Virus record (IMG/VR): IMGVR_UViG_3300032931_001151
Span: 62,001 to 126,000 of that record
DNA: 64,000 nt
Direction: 5' to 3' (one strand)
Positions 28,652 through 39,431 of this stretch are shown one piece after another. The position numbers and the translations under genes were made by a program. The notes beneath the pieces are model-generated. The model was not told the origin of the DNA, searched no databases, and was given only the letters and a program-made list of their open reading frames with translations. Numbering within the stretch: the first letter of the stretch is position 1; each line of letters starts with the position of its first letter.

Positions 28652-31600
28652 TTATTCTCCCGCCGAGGAATTTGATTCAACTAATAGCTGATTCATAGGT
28701 TGTACGCCTCTAATTTGCATAAAAGCGGGGGTGAAGAGTTTAACATTAGAAGTGATAAACTCCTCAACCATTGGTTCACGATTTCTATTGATCTTTGCAT
28801 CATCATAATAAATATCAAATTTATTACTCTTATAGAGTTTAGAATTTCCTAACATATATTGCTTATCAACTTGAGTAACATATGTTTTTCCATCATTCCT
28901 TGATACTATTAGTGCTTCCCCACCATTAAAGACCATAGTTCCATCGTATCTTAATCTATTTATATTTACTAATTTATTCATTCTCCAAGCCGCTATATGA
29001 TCATCAAATGGGTTCATATTGACTTGAGAATTGATATATTGCAAATCGCCATAATACATTAGCAATTTTTGCCCATTCCACCCATCAAGTTTTACCCATA
29101 GCGTCATAATATCTCTTTCACTATCATAAGAGTCTACTTTCCAAGATAATGGCTTTGTTCCACCCTCATAACTAAATGCAAAGTGGGGGTCGGCTATATC
29201 TATTTTATTAAACTCAAATATACTTCTTATTAGTTGAGAGTTATAAGTTGACGACACATTATAGGCGTTACCTTGAAGAACAATAGGAACAACTAACGAT
29301 TCGTTATTTTCCCAAGGAATATTATTAAATGTTATGGGTCTTCTAAATAAGAAGTTTTCAAATCCTCTATTGGAAACCGTATTATCGGATTCCGATCCTA
29401 ATTTTGCCCAATATACGTTTGAATATATTATAGACATTGCATTATTATACATTTGTGAATCGTCTAAATAATCTCTAACTTCCATATAATTTAATGACGA
29501 AGTAAATGAATTATCTTGATTGTATGTAACTACATAAGTATTTGTTGTATCAAAAGTATAAGACGAGTCTGTATATAATTTCTTCCCATTAACACATAGT
29601 TCAAAGTTTACAACATATCTCTTTCCACAATAATACCCATTTACTTGCTTTCTCGTAGTATTAAGAGTAACTACATTGGTGTAATTTGGAGAAATATTTA
29701 TATTACTTTGGGATATTATTACGGTTACTTGTTGAGCCTTATTATTAAAATAATTTAATATCCATTCTTGTTGATATGGATTATAAGCAACATCTAGAGC
29801 ATAGACTGAAGGGTTCCCATTACAATGTAATTTGACAATTCCCAAAGAAGAATCGACATATTGTTTAGATTGTGTTTCCAAACCTATTATGGTTTGTGGC
29901 ATTAATTCATCAACCACAACTTGAACCGTGTAATAATTTGCAATATAGTTTACTTCAGTTAAGTAGAAAATAGGAATTGAATACAAATCCGATATTATCG
30001 GTTGATTTGGACTACCCGAAGTTCCCGATGTGCCCGATGTACCAGATGATCCAGTTGTTGGACAATTTATAGAAAATATAAGTTGTTTTATTTCTGGATG
30101 TTCATCATAAATAAACACTCTATTGTCTTCAGTTATATCTTCTCTTATACAACCAAAAGCAACACTATAACCGTCATCACTTATATCTAATGATTCGCCA
30201 CTATACATTTGTGTAGTAGGAATTTTATTGAATTCAAAATATCTTCTAAAATATACATTAGAATTAAATTGCTTAACACTAAAACTACTCTTTGCGAATA
30301 TAATACTAGCATCTTGATTTGACTTGACGCTAATTCCAAAATTTCCATTAATGGCCGATTCTGGATCCGACACTATAATTTCTTGATACGGTATTTGTCC
30401 TATATTAAACCAATTCAAATTATTAAATATATGAACTAACCCGGCGCTATTCAATTCATTGGGACAACCGACTACTATAGTTGAGCCGTCTTTACTTAAA
30501 TCAATAGAGTATTTTGAAAATAACATACCCGCATATGAATTGCTTGGTATTAATTTTATCAATTTCAAAAGACTAGTAAAAATACAACGAGTATCAAATA
30601 TTGGTATATTATAAGCATAAACCGCACCACCATTTAAATAATTTTGGCTATCATTCTTAGCCGATACTATTATATTAGATGAGACATCATTAACTCTAAC
30701 TTGTTCTCCATATCTCTTTCCTTGTAATCCGTTTGCTAGACATTCCTTGTACGACATACCACCTATAGCCACATCGCTTGAATCGTATGGTATTAATCTA
30801 GCAATAAAATTCCAATTTGATCCACTAATAGTATCACCATAGATATAATCTCTACCAGAAATTGGGGTTGATGCTATATCTAAATCTTTTTGATCTATTA
30901 TGCCATCTTGATTCAAATCTAAAACTGGGTTCCACAATGGACTTGAAGAATTTGTTCCCAATGCGGCAGAAATATCAACTATACTTGCAGCGGTTAATGG
31001 GTTTGTAGTTACCATATAAACCGCACCATTATTACCAATATCAAATTCATCTAATAGAGCGCCGGTTGAATCATACTTTCTATAACTATAATACTCACTA
31101 GGAGATCCTATTAATAAGAAACTACCATCGTTAGAAGTTGATACTGAGCAACCAAATTCATAATTATTTACTATATTTCCAAAATAATCGGTTGAAGTTA
31201 AATATGATTGTTGTGAACTAGGCAATATATCATTAGTTTGTATAACTTGTTGATTATAAGAATGCCATTCATTATTTGTTGTATATGTTCTAACAACATA
31301 TCCGGTATAATTAAATTGCTTTCCAAATGGTATTATATTTCCAACATCTTTATTTGTTGCCACTGAAGATATTACTACAAATGATCCATCAAAATTAATA
31401 TCTATTTTTTCCTCGTCCGAAATTTCAAGAAATCTATTTAAATTAAATATATCATGCGACGAAGGTTTAATCTCGTTAATAAATCTCCATTGCGATCCAC
31501 ATCGTTTATATATAAGGACTCTTGAGGTGGGGACATTATATATTGGAACACCAATATTATTAGTGAATACGTAATTCTTTATAACTATAACGGCGGTATT

Positions 31601-33676
31601 GCCATCACCCGAAAGTTTTACTATTCTGCCGAAATCTATTGAATTTTTAAGAATACTATGTGTTGGGACTATTTCTTGTAAATTGGCGTAATAGTTTTCC
31701 GTATACTGATTGCCGGTAAGTGGAACGACTTCTACAAAAGGATTCACGTTTTCAATTTGAATTCCATCTTGTCTTATTTGTTGAGTAGTATATGATACTC
31801 TTTGTTCTGCTTGATACACCGGAGTAAATTCGGTGTATTTATCATATACCGAATCTAAAAGTATATGTTTATGTGGAGCATAATCATCATCAAAGGTATT
31901 AGTTCCAACTATATTTGTATCAATAGATGTTTGAATTGACGTTTCGTTTATATTAAATGCTACGGTGTATGACATATCATCAACTATATTAGTTGAGTCA
32001 AATGAAACCGACGAACTTCCTATTTTTATTTCTTTCTCATGCGGTGAGCCTAGTTGTAAATATTGTATTCCATCATTTAACGTTTTTATTTGCCTTGAAC
32101 TATTAAAATTTTCTTTATCTATTTTAGTTATATCGTCAAATACTAAATATGCTTCCCCTATTCCGTGATTTTCGACCGATAAAAGTTGTGTGCTTGAAGT
32201 TTTAGGAACAAACGTGGTTGTCAATTTAGGGGAATCATGTATAATATCTTTTTCCCAAAGATAATTTATATAACTCTTTTTATTGTCAATTTTACAGTCT
32301 TCTATTTCATATCCAACTATAGTAAACAAATCGTCTTGTAATATTACGGACGAAGCGAAAAAGTCTTGTTTTAATATGAAAACGCCAGAAGAATCTAATA
32401 CTGATATATTTTTCTTATTCAAATATCCAGCCAATATATTCTCAAATTCGGCATCATTGGAGAAACTCAAATCAACTTTTATAACTCCAAAATTCCAACT
32501 ATAACTAATATGATTATATTTTTGTTCATATTTTGGATCGTTGCTTATAGGAAGCAATTCATTAAAGAATATATAACAGTTAGAAATATCTTTTTTATTT
32601 GATGGGATTATACTTGTTATAAATTTGGTATGTAGGTATGGAACAAGTTGGTTATTAACTTCACCAAAATATTGAATATTCCCATTTAAACACTCGGTTA
32701 CACGAGCGAATGCATAATTTGCATTACTTGATATCGCTTGCGTCACGGTACTAAAATCGTAATCAATAAATTTATTAAGAGATACATCCTCATAATTTTT
32801 AACTATAAGATCGTGTATTTTGTTGGAATCGTCTATATAGAATATATTCGTATACCCATTTTTATCTACTATTTGTACAATTTCTTTATATGTTGCTTGT
32901 ATTGGTATTAATTCTTTCAAATCAACTTCCGAACTACTACCGAGACTTCCCAAATATACTTTGGAAATGTTTAGTCTTCCGCTATTTCTTTCAATATTAC
33001 TTATTACAAGATCGTTAATAGAATAGGTATAAGAATATCCTGTTATATCTATAATATTCTTATCTTCGTCACATTCTCTTTTTATCCATATTTTTAAATA
33101 CTCACCAGGCATTAAGTAGTCATTGTAAGCAATAGATGATTGCCAAGTTCTTCCAGATGCTACAACTAAATTTTGAAGTTCGTCAATACTATCAAGTTCA
33201 TTTGTTATAGTAAATGTATTTTTACTTGATTGTATATTATACTTTCCCTCATACCATATTGACAATTTAACACTATTTGTTAGATATGTTATGGCTTCGG
33301 GTATAGTCATTCCGACAGGAATATTAGTTGGAGTTGTAAAAGAAACGCTTGACGAAATATTATCTATATATTCCAAAAAATTAGAATTAGATATTCCCGA
33401 ATCCGCTTCACAACCAATATAGATACATCTATAAGTGGTAGCACCTTTAATGAAGTCAAAGTCTGTTACGCTATTGTAAAACCAATTTGACGACTGTTGT
33501 CCAGGAAGAACTTCTGAATTAGATATTAATTTTGAATCAACTTTATCAAAAGGGAATGATGTTAATGATTTTTCTTTTACTATTGCCCCACCCAATGATT
33601 GGCCAATCCAATACCCGCTAGTATTGATATTTACTGGATTGGTCGTATTACCTGATGATGGGCGATATATAATCAT
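28652..33676 (-). CDS. 1674-aa virion adhesin-like protein (FG-GAP propeller, dockerin-like EF-hand, DUF2341-like C-terminus)
   Basis: FGCSVSTSNDGSFLLIGSP, GAVY, DLSKDGSTIVVGCP; DLNQDGIIDQKDL; LSWKVDSYD...LWVKL...LMYYGD. Confidence 0.75.
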   Translation of the reverse strand: MIIYRPSSGNTTNPVNINTSGYWIGQSLGGAIVKEKSLTSFPFDKVDSKLISNSEVLPGQQSSNWFYNSVTDFDFIKGATTYRCIYIGCEADSGISNSNFLEYIDNISSSVSFTTPTNIPVGMTIPEAITYLTNSVKLSIWYEGKYNIQSSKNTFTITNELDSIDELQNLVVASGRTWQSSIAYNDYLMPGEYLKIWIKRECDEDKNIIDITGYSYTYSINDLVISNIERNSGRLNISKVYLGSLGSSSEVDLKELIPIQATYKEIVQIVDKNGYTNIFYIDDSNKIHDLIVKNYEDVSLNKFIDYDFSTVTQAISSNANYAFARVTECLNGNIQYFGEVNNQLVPYLHTKFITSIIPSNKKDISNCYIFFNELLPISNDPKYEQKYNHISYSWNFGVIKVDLSFSNDAEFENILAGYLNKKNISVLDSSGVFILKQDFFASSVILQDDLFTIVGYEIEDCKIDNKKSYINYLWEKDIIHDSPKLTTTFVPKTSSTQLLSVENHGIGEAYLVFDDITKIDKENFNSSRQIKTLNDGIQYLQLGSPHEKEIKIGSSSVSFDSTNIVDDMSYTVAFNINETSIQTSIDTNIVGTNTFDDDYAPHKHILLDSVYDKYTEFTPVYQAEQRVSYTTQQIRQDGIQIENVNPFVEVVPLTGNQYTENYYANLQEIVPTHSILKNSIDFGRIVKLSGDGNTAVIVIKNYVFTNNIGVPIYNVPTSRVLIYKRCGSQWRFINEIKPSSHDIFNLNRFLEISDEEKIDINFDGSFVVISSVATNKDVGNIIPFGKQFNYTGYVVRTYTTNNEWHSYNQQVIQTNDILPSSQQSYLTSTDYFGNIVNNYEFGCSVSTSNDGSFLLIGSPSEYYSYRKYDSTGALLDEFDIGNNGAVYMVTTNPLTAASIVDISAALGTNSSSPLWNPVLDLNQDGIIDQKDLDIASTPISGRDYIYGDTISGSNWNFIARLIPYDSSDVAIGGMSYKECLANGLQGKRYGEQVRVNDVSSNIIVSAKNDSQNYLNGGAVYAYNIPIFDTRCIFTSLLKLIKLIPSNSYAGMLFSKYSIDLSKDGSTIVVGCPNELNSAGLVHIFNNLNWFNIGQIPYQEIIVSDPESAINGNFGISVKSNQDASIIFAKSSFSVKQFNSNVYFRRYFEFNKIPTTQMYSGESLDISDDGYSVAFGCIREDITEDNRVFIYDEHPEIKQLIFSINCPTTGSSGTSGTSGTSGSPNQPIISDLYSIPIFYLTEVNYIANYYTVQVVVDELMPQTIIGLETQSKQYVDSSLGIVKLHCNGNPSVYALDVAYNPYQQEWILNYFNNKAQQVTVIISQSNINISPNYTNVVTLNTTRKQVNGYYCGKRYVVNFELCVNGKKLYTDSSYTFDTTNTYVVTYNQDNSFTSSLNYMEVRDYLDDSQMYNNAMSIIYSNVYWAKLGSESDNTVSNRGFENFLFRRPITFNNIPWENNESLVVPIVLQGNAYNVSSTYNSQLIRSIFEFNKIDIADPHFAFSYEGGTKPLSWKVDSYDSERDIMTLWVKLDGWNGQKLLMYYGDLQYINSQVNMNPFDDHIAAWRMNKLVNINRLRYDGTMVFNGGEALIVSRNDGKTYVTQVDKQYMLGNSKLYKSNKFDIYYDDAKINRNREPMVEEFITSNVKLFTPAFMQIRGVQPMNQLLVESNSSAGE

Positions 33677-33686
33677 TCATTGACCT

Positions 33687-36600
33687 TTAAACATCGTTGA
33701 AAGTGACATAGAGATTAGACGGAGTAGCATAAATATCTTCTATTTCTCTACTTGTCCACAATAGATATTTATAGATGTGATCTGTATTAAAGTAGTTATC
33801 TTTAACGTAAACATTTTGGATATTTGTAAAATTCTCGTCTATTATTGATAGAGTTAACACATTATTTGAATTAAACTTTATAACTATTTTATTATTTGAT
33901 ATGTATATATTTTCAACATTTTCATATCGTTTTATTACAAATTTATTTGGCATTTTGTGGAATAGGTCTGTTCCATATTGTACTATTACTCCACCATTTA
34001 TAGTCTTCCCAATCATTTCAACTATCCCATTAGTTGTATAGTTATTCTCTATTTCCAATATTATACTATTTAAATCCACCAATTCGTTAGCTGTAGTAAA
34101 CGTCTTATCATCTTGAATTAATGCTGTATATGTTACATTTTTCACATAAGTATATGGATTAAATAACTTTATACCGGCATATAATCCTAACGGTCTTATA
34201 TTTGCCGCCCAAGTTTCATTCCAATTATTAGTGTAGAATGTATCACCTGCTATAGATTGTAGGTTATTAGGATATGTTATTTTAAGATTTTCAAGGCCCG
34301 TCACTAGATATACTAATTGTTCAAATTCACCATTAAGATATCTATTAACATCATATTGATAATTTATATCAATATCATACTTTATAACCATTCTATCATC
34401 GTCTTTTTCTTCATTGAATATAATTCTAATAAACTTTGAATCAACTAATACTTTTAATTTATACCAAGTATTAGTTGATATATTATTTGAATTATAATTC
34501 CCAAATCCAGCTAAGAATGTCTTATCCATAGTATTAGTTGCAGGATTATATTTAGCAACACCCAATGCTACATCAAAATTATAGGTTCCTATTCCTACAA
34601 AGTAATAGGAAGATAATATGTATGTATTAGTTTTAGGATTAAAATCGGTTTCAGTTTTAATTATGTATTCGAAATGCTTGCCGTTATATCCTTTTAACGA
34701 ATTTAAAGCATCATCAAACCATACTAATGTTTCTAATTGGAACGAATCGTGTTGTTCGTCAATTAAAGATAGTGTTGGAGTATATCCACCATTAGAATCT
34801 TTTGAAATAGACGTTGAGTTATTATAAGATACACCACTTAATAACGGGTCATATTTATTAATTGTATTTCCTTGAGTACTATGTAAAACGTGAATTCCAT
34901 TAAAATTGGTTATTTTTAATAAAGGATCGGTGCCGGAAGTAAACAGAACCTCACTTGGATTTCTAATGACCAATTCAAGAATATCTTTATAATTGTTTTC
35001 TTGATAGTTAATCCAATCTATTTCACGAGTAGAATAGAAATCGTCAACTAATATTACTTTATTTACACTATCACTAAAAATATCATCAAATGATACACTC
35101 ATATTCATACTACCAGATTCTAATACATTGTAGATATTATCGTTACTAAGTGTTAATGTATTATTTGATATAGTATATAAATTTAATGGAATCACATAAT
35201 TTGAAACTTTTATGCTTTCAACGTCTTCAGTCCAATTTACTAATCTATATAAAGCATTAGGAATATTAAAGTAATAAGAATTATATCCTTGTGGATACAT
35301 AGTGACGGAATCAATAACTTTCCAATCTAAATCTCCAGCATTATAATTTATAACTATTTTAGCACTATTTGCCGGAGCATATTTACTTACAAACCCAAAA
35401 TCATTATATAATTTGTAAGCAGAGGATGGTATAAGTTCAGCTATATATTCAATATTAACAAATTGCATGAATCTATCATTCCAATCTTGTATAGTCCATC
35501 CCGAAGTAACTTGAGATATATCTATAGAATTGAAATTAGCATTAGTAGAATTCATAATTAAATATGACATTAATCCATACGGTGTTAATGAAACTGAAGG
35601 AGAATTAACATCCCCATTAGTACCTTTTATGTAATTACCCCATTGAATTACATTATCCGATGGCAATTCACTTTCTGGATACCAAGAAATTGGAACGTAA
35701 AAATCAATACAATCTGCCACCGGAGCTGGCATACTATTTAAGTATTTTGAAGATTTTCCACCAACAGTTACAAGTTGACTTGCTTCTAATGCGGATAGTG
35801 GTCTTGCGGGTTTTACACTACCGTCAACCAACGACGCATTTCCTAACAATAATTCGTCAAATCCGCTCCAACTCATTTTAAACTTGACTTTGGCATAGTA
35901 AGTTGTATATGGGGTTATAGGACCATCTTTTATTTTTATTCTTAAAGAGTTTACTTGAGAATTAGAATTTACCTTCGTCCCATAAAAATACTTATCCGAC
36001 GAAGAATCATAGTTTAATCCCGTAGCAACATCAAATTTTGAGTCCAACTTGAGAACATCAAAGTCTCTCTTTCTCCACAATTCTTTTGGAATCCACCAAA
36101 GATATGAATCAAAAGAAACATTCGATTTATCTAATCCATCAAGCATTTTTCTAAAGTCATAATTCATCATATATTTAGTAGATATGCCTTCGCTAACTAC
36201 TTCATAGTCATTTAGATTTGTGGCTAATTGTAATTCAGCACTCCAATAGTATCTGCATTTTAGAGATTTTGAGTCATCTTCATACGGATTTAAAGAAGGC
36301 AATACTAATATGCTATCTTGCTCCTTATAAGTCATAACATCTCTTGGGATTCTTGTATAAACACTATCTAATATTATAGAAGTTGCACCACTATTGTTTA
36401 TGTCGTGCATATATTCGGTGCCGAGAGAATAATTTTGAATTTCGGAATTCAACGCACCCAAAGGCACAAACATTTTAACTATTACCGTATTTTGATCATC
36501 GGCAAATACTTCAAGGTTTTTATTTAACTCTGGTCTAAATTTTATAGCTTCTATTGGTAATTGTAAAATAAATAATCCATACAACTGAATTGATTCCGTT

Positions 36601-39422
36601 CCACCCGCCGATACTCTTGATATTATATTTGATATATCCGAGCAATTTCTAAATCTAACACCCACAACCCTTTGATTGTTTGCGTTATTTACGACTATAG
36701 GATAGAATAAAATATTATTATATGCAGTTCCATCTTGATTAACTTCTATTCCACACATTGAATCATTAGAAAATATAGTGGAATTTGGACAAACCTCTTC
36801 AAATAACCCCAAAACTCTATTTTGATTATTTGATAGTTTATACTGTTGTATTTTATCATTTGCTTGGAATTCGCTACTCAATAAAGTCGTCTTTATGTCC
36901 CTATTGTCAATTCTCGTGACTGAGGAAAAAGCATCAAATGGTTCGGTTTTATATAAACCCAAAGTAGTAGAAACGTTATATACGAAATAACCCGGAGTGT
37001 CTATAATATTTGGAGCATCTACGGTTCCAAAATCATGATTTGAAGTAGTTTCTCCAAAATAATTCAAGTAGAAATCTCTATCGTATACTCGACTTTCAAT
37101 AGCAAACCACGACGGTTGACTTCCAAATGGAACTATTATCTTATTCATAACATCTTGTTCATTAACGAAATTGGTCTTAATCCAATCGCCGTCAAATGAT
37201 ACGGTATATCTACTTGCCAATTCTTCTGTTACCGGAGAATTATCAAAATATAAATGTTTGAATGCCGAAGTTTCGTTTGATTGTAGAGCATATGTTTTTA
37301 CATTAGGATCAAACGTTTCACTTAGCGTAATGCTAAAAGTATCATTTTTATGTTGATCAAACGAGTTAAACGATAATAATTTACTATTTTGCCATTCTAG
37401 ATACTTTGGTTTTAGATCTAACTCTTTTTGTGTATCATTATACAATGTATCTTCGAGATCAAGATTGTTCAAATAAATTTCAAATATTTCCACTATGCTA
37501 TTTTTAACACCTACTCCATAAAATCCACTTGATAAGAGTGCTTTATATTGATATGATGGGATTATTTGTCCCGTACTATCAATAGATAATATGTTTGAAT
37601 CGGACACGTTTATATCAACATTTTCAAATAGTGGAACCCAGGTTGATAGGGTTTGACCAAACGGAACTTCACCCTCGTTAGATTCAATTTTTTGTGTTAT
37701 AGTGTCATACTCTAATGCTTCTCTATAATAGGCTGAAACCAATGAATCTACAATAGACAATTTCAATTCATAAAATGTATTGAACTTAAAAGCTTTAACA
37801 TCATCATCATTTTCTATTATAAGTTTAGAAAATATAGGATTGGTAGAGTCGGACTGATTCAAATTTATTTGTTGGGTTACTATTTCCCCATTAGCAGAAT
37901 TCAAAATAACTTTTGATAAAGAGATGGTCGAATTCTTGGCATTTAGCGATAATCTATAATATTCGTTGAAATTATAATAACTTGAATCGTCGGTTTTTTC
38001 TCCCCTAAAAGTCAAAAATATTTCATTATCCGGTATTTTAAAATTATTATCTTCATAAGTTGATGGAATTGATAGATATTTAAATCTAACAGTATAGTCC
38101 ATATTCTTAACAATAGCATCAGTCGTAGCAACGAGAGAATCTATGGACTCATTTGATGTTGTTTCGTAATTAATAGATATCTTATCGCCATCCGTGAGAT
38201 AACTAGTTTTTATTTTTAACAAGTAAGGATATACCGATCTCGTTTCAGTGTCAGCATTAGGAATTATGTCATAATAATCCGATGTTATTTCTTCCGAGAC
38301 AATCATGTTACCATTATTTAGTCTAATATCTTTGAATATAGGAGTGCTATGATATATTCTAAAATAAGCATATTCATCTGGATCCATATCATCATCGTCA
38401 CTATCTAAAGTATCAGTCGGAAAATCTAATTTTTGAACTGTATGATAATTGTCTAGAGTAAAAGAATTAAACTCTTTTACTAAATGACCCACGTCGTTAT
38501 TGTTTCCTATTACGAGTAAATCTTCCCATTTTAATCCAAATTTATTATCTGTGAAGTTATCATAGCCGACAAAATTATCATCTATTATACCTTTTGGTAT
38601 TAATCCCCAATATTGGGTCCACAAGTCCATTGATTTGGCATCAATTGAAAATAGCGATAAGAATTGTTTTATTTGGTTTGGCGTACCACCCGTCTTGAAT
38701 ATATCAACGCTTAATAGCAAGAACTGTCTAAATGCATTTATTTCCGATGTAGTTGCAACATTATTATTTATTTTTTGAAATATATCATATTGCTCAAAAG
38801 TGTCATCATTGGCATTTCCACCTATTTTTCTCGCATAATCTACATTATGTCCTAATGTAAGGGCCAAATAATTAAAATATTTAGGATCTACTTTTTCAAT
38901 ATCAATTAGATTATATATTCCTTGTATGTCACTATAGATACTATCAAAAAACTTTGATGCTGAATTAATAAGATCTACGTTTGCTTGATTGTTTGCTCCA
39001 TACTCCCACATTGGGTTATTTTTGACAATCATTTTATAGAAAAACGAATTTACATCAACATTTTGTATGTATGTATACGTAAATTGGAAAGGTATTCCAT
39101 TATAGAACTGTTGTTCCGATGTAATAGTTATAGATATGGTATAAGTACCGGATGTTTTAAAACAATGAGTTATTGATTGGGTTGAATAAAAATAACCATC
39201 TTGAGTACTCCAACTATACTTTGTTGCCTCATTAATAGAATAATTGTAGTATATTGGTATTATGTCTTCTTTATTGACATTGCCAACTATTTGCATGGCA
39301 TTAGAAGTGATTTGACTTGACAATATTGGACCAGGAGTAAATTCGGCATTAAAATACAACTTATCGTTTGCGTAATTCGCCGTTCCGCCATTGCCATTAG
39401 TTATTGTTACATCAAAAGCCAT
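33687..39422 (-). CDS. baseplate wedge protein (P2 gpI / T4 gp7-like) with PKD and two ConA-like domains
   Basis: FFDSIYSDIQGIYNLIDIEKVDPKYFNYLALTLG...IFKTGGT..IKQFL; THCFKTSGTYTISIT; position directly after gp6. Confidence 0.75.
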   Translation of the reverse strand: MAFDVTITNGNGGTANYANDKLYFNAEFTPGPILSSQITSNAMQIVGNVNKEDIIPIYYNYSINEATKYSWSTQDGYFYSTQSITHCFKTSGTYTISITITSEQQFYNGIPFQFTYTYIQNVDVNSFFYKMIVKNNPMWEYGANNQANVDLINSASKFFDSIYSDIQGIYNLIDIEKVDPKYFNYLALTLGHNVDYARKIGGNANDDTFEQYDIFQKINNNVATTSEINAFRQFLLLSVDIFKTGGTPNQIKQFLSLFSIDAKSMDLWTQYWGLIPKGIIDDNFVGYDNFTDNKFGLKWEDLLVIGNNNDVGHLVKEFNSFTLDNYHTVQKLDFPTDTLDSDDDDMDPDEYAYFRIYHSTPIFKDIRLNNGNMIVSEEITSDYYDIIPNADTETRSVYPYLLKIKTSYLTDGDKISINYETTSNESIDSLVATTDAIVKNMDYTVRFKYLSIPSTYEDNNFKIPDNEIFLTFRGEKTDDSSYYNFNEYYRLSLNAKNSTISLSKVILNSANGEIVTQQINLNQSDSTNPIFSKLIIENDDDVKAFKFNTFYELKLSIVDSLVSAYYREALEYDTITQKIESNEGEVPFGQTLSTWVPLFENVDINVSDSNILSIDSTGQIIPSYQYKALLSSGFYGVGVKNSIVEIFEIYLNNLDLEDTLYNDTQKELDLKPKYLEWQNSKLLSFNSFDQHKNDTFSITLSETFDPNVKTYALQSNETSAFKHLYFDNSPVTEELASRYTVSFDGDWIKTNFVNEQDVMNKIIVPFGSQPSWFAIESRVYDRDFYLNYFGETTSNHDFGTVDAPNIIDTPGYFVYNVSTTLGLYKTEPFDAFSSVTRIDNRDIKTTLLSSEFQANDKIQQYKLSNNQNRVLGLFEEVCPNSTIFSNDSMCGIEVNQDGTAYNNILFYPIVVNNANNQRVVGVRFRNCSDISNIISRVSAGGTESIQLYGLFILQLPIEAIKFRPELNKNLEVFADDQNTVIVKMFVPLGALNSEIQNYSLGTEYMHDINNSGATSIILDSVYTRIPRDVMTYKEQDSILVLPSLNPYEDDSKSLKCRYYWSAELQLATNLNDYEVVSEGISTKYMMNYDFRKMLDGLDKSNVSFDSYLWWIPKELWRKRDFDVLKLDSKFDVATGLNYDSSSDKYFYGTKVNSNSQVNSLRIKIKDGPITPYTTYYAKVKFKMSWSGFDELLLGNASLVDGSVKPARPLSALEASQLVTVGGKSSKYLNSMPAPVADCIDFYVPISWYPESELPSDNVIQWGNYIKGTNGDVNSPSVSLTPYGLMSYLIMNSTNANFNSIDISQVTSGWTIQDWNDRFMQFVNIEYIAELIPSSAYKLYNDFGFVSKYAPANSAKIVINYNAGDLDWKVIDSVTMYPQGYNSYYFNIPNALYRLVNWTEDVESIKVSNYVIPLNLYTISNNTLTLSNDNIYNVLESGSMNMSVSFDDIFSDSVNKVILVDDFYSTREIDWINYQENNYKDILELVIRNPSEVLFTSGTDPLLKITNFNGIHVLHSTQGNTINKYDPLLSGVSYNNSTSISKDSNGGYTPTLSLIDEQHDSFQLETLVWFDDALNSLKGYNGKHFEYIIKTETDFNPKTNTYILSSYYFVGIGTYNFDVALGVAKYNPATNTMDKTFLAGFGNYNSNNISTNTWYKLKVLVDSKFIRIIFNEEKDDDRMVIKYDIDINYQYDVNRYLNGEFEQLVYLVTGLENLKITYPNNLQSIAGDTFYTNNWNETWAANIRPLGLYAGIKLFNPYTYVKNVTYTALIQDDKTFTTANELVDLNSIILEIENNYTTNGIVEMIGKTINGGVIVQYGTDLFHKMPNKFVIKRYENVENIYISNNKIVIKFNSNNVLTLSIIDENFTNIQNVYVKDNYFNTDHIYKYLLWTSREIEDIYATPSNLYVTFNDV

Positions 39423-39431
39423 TGCGTTTCC

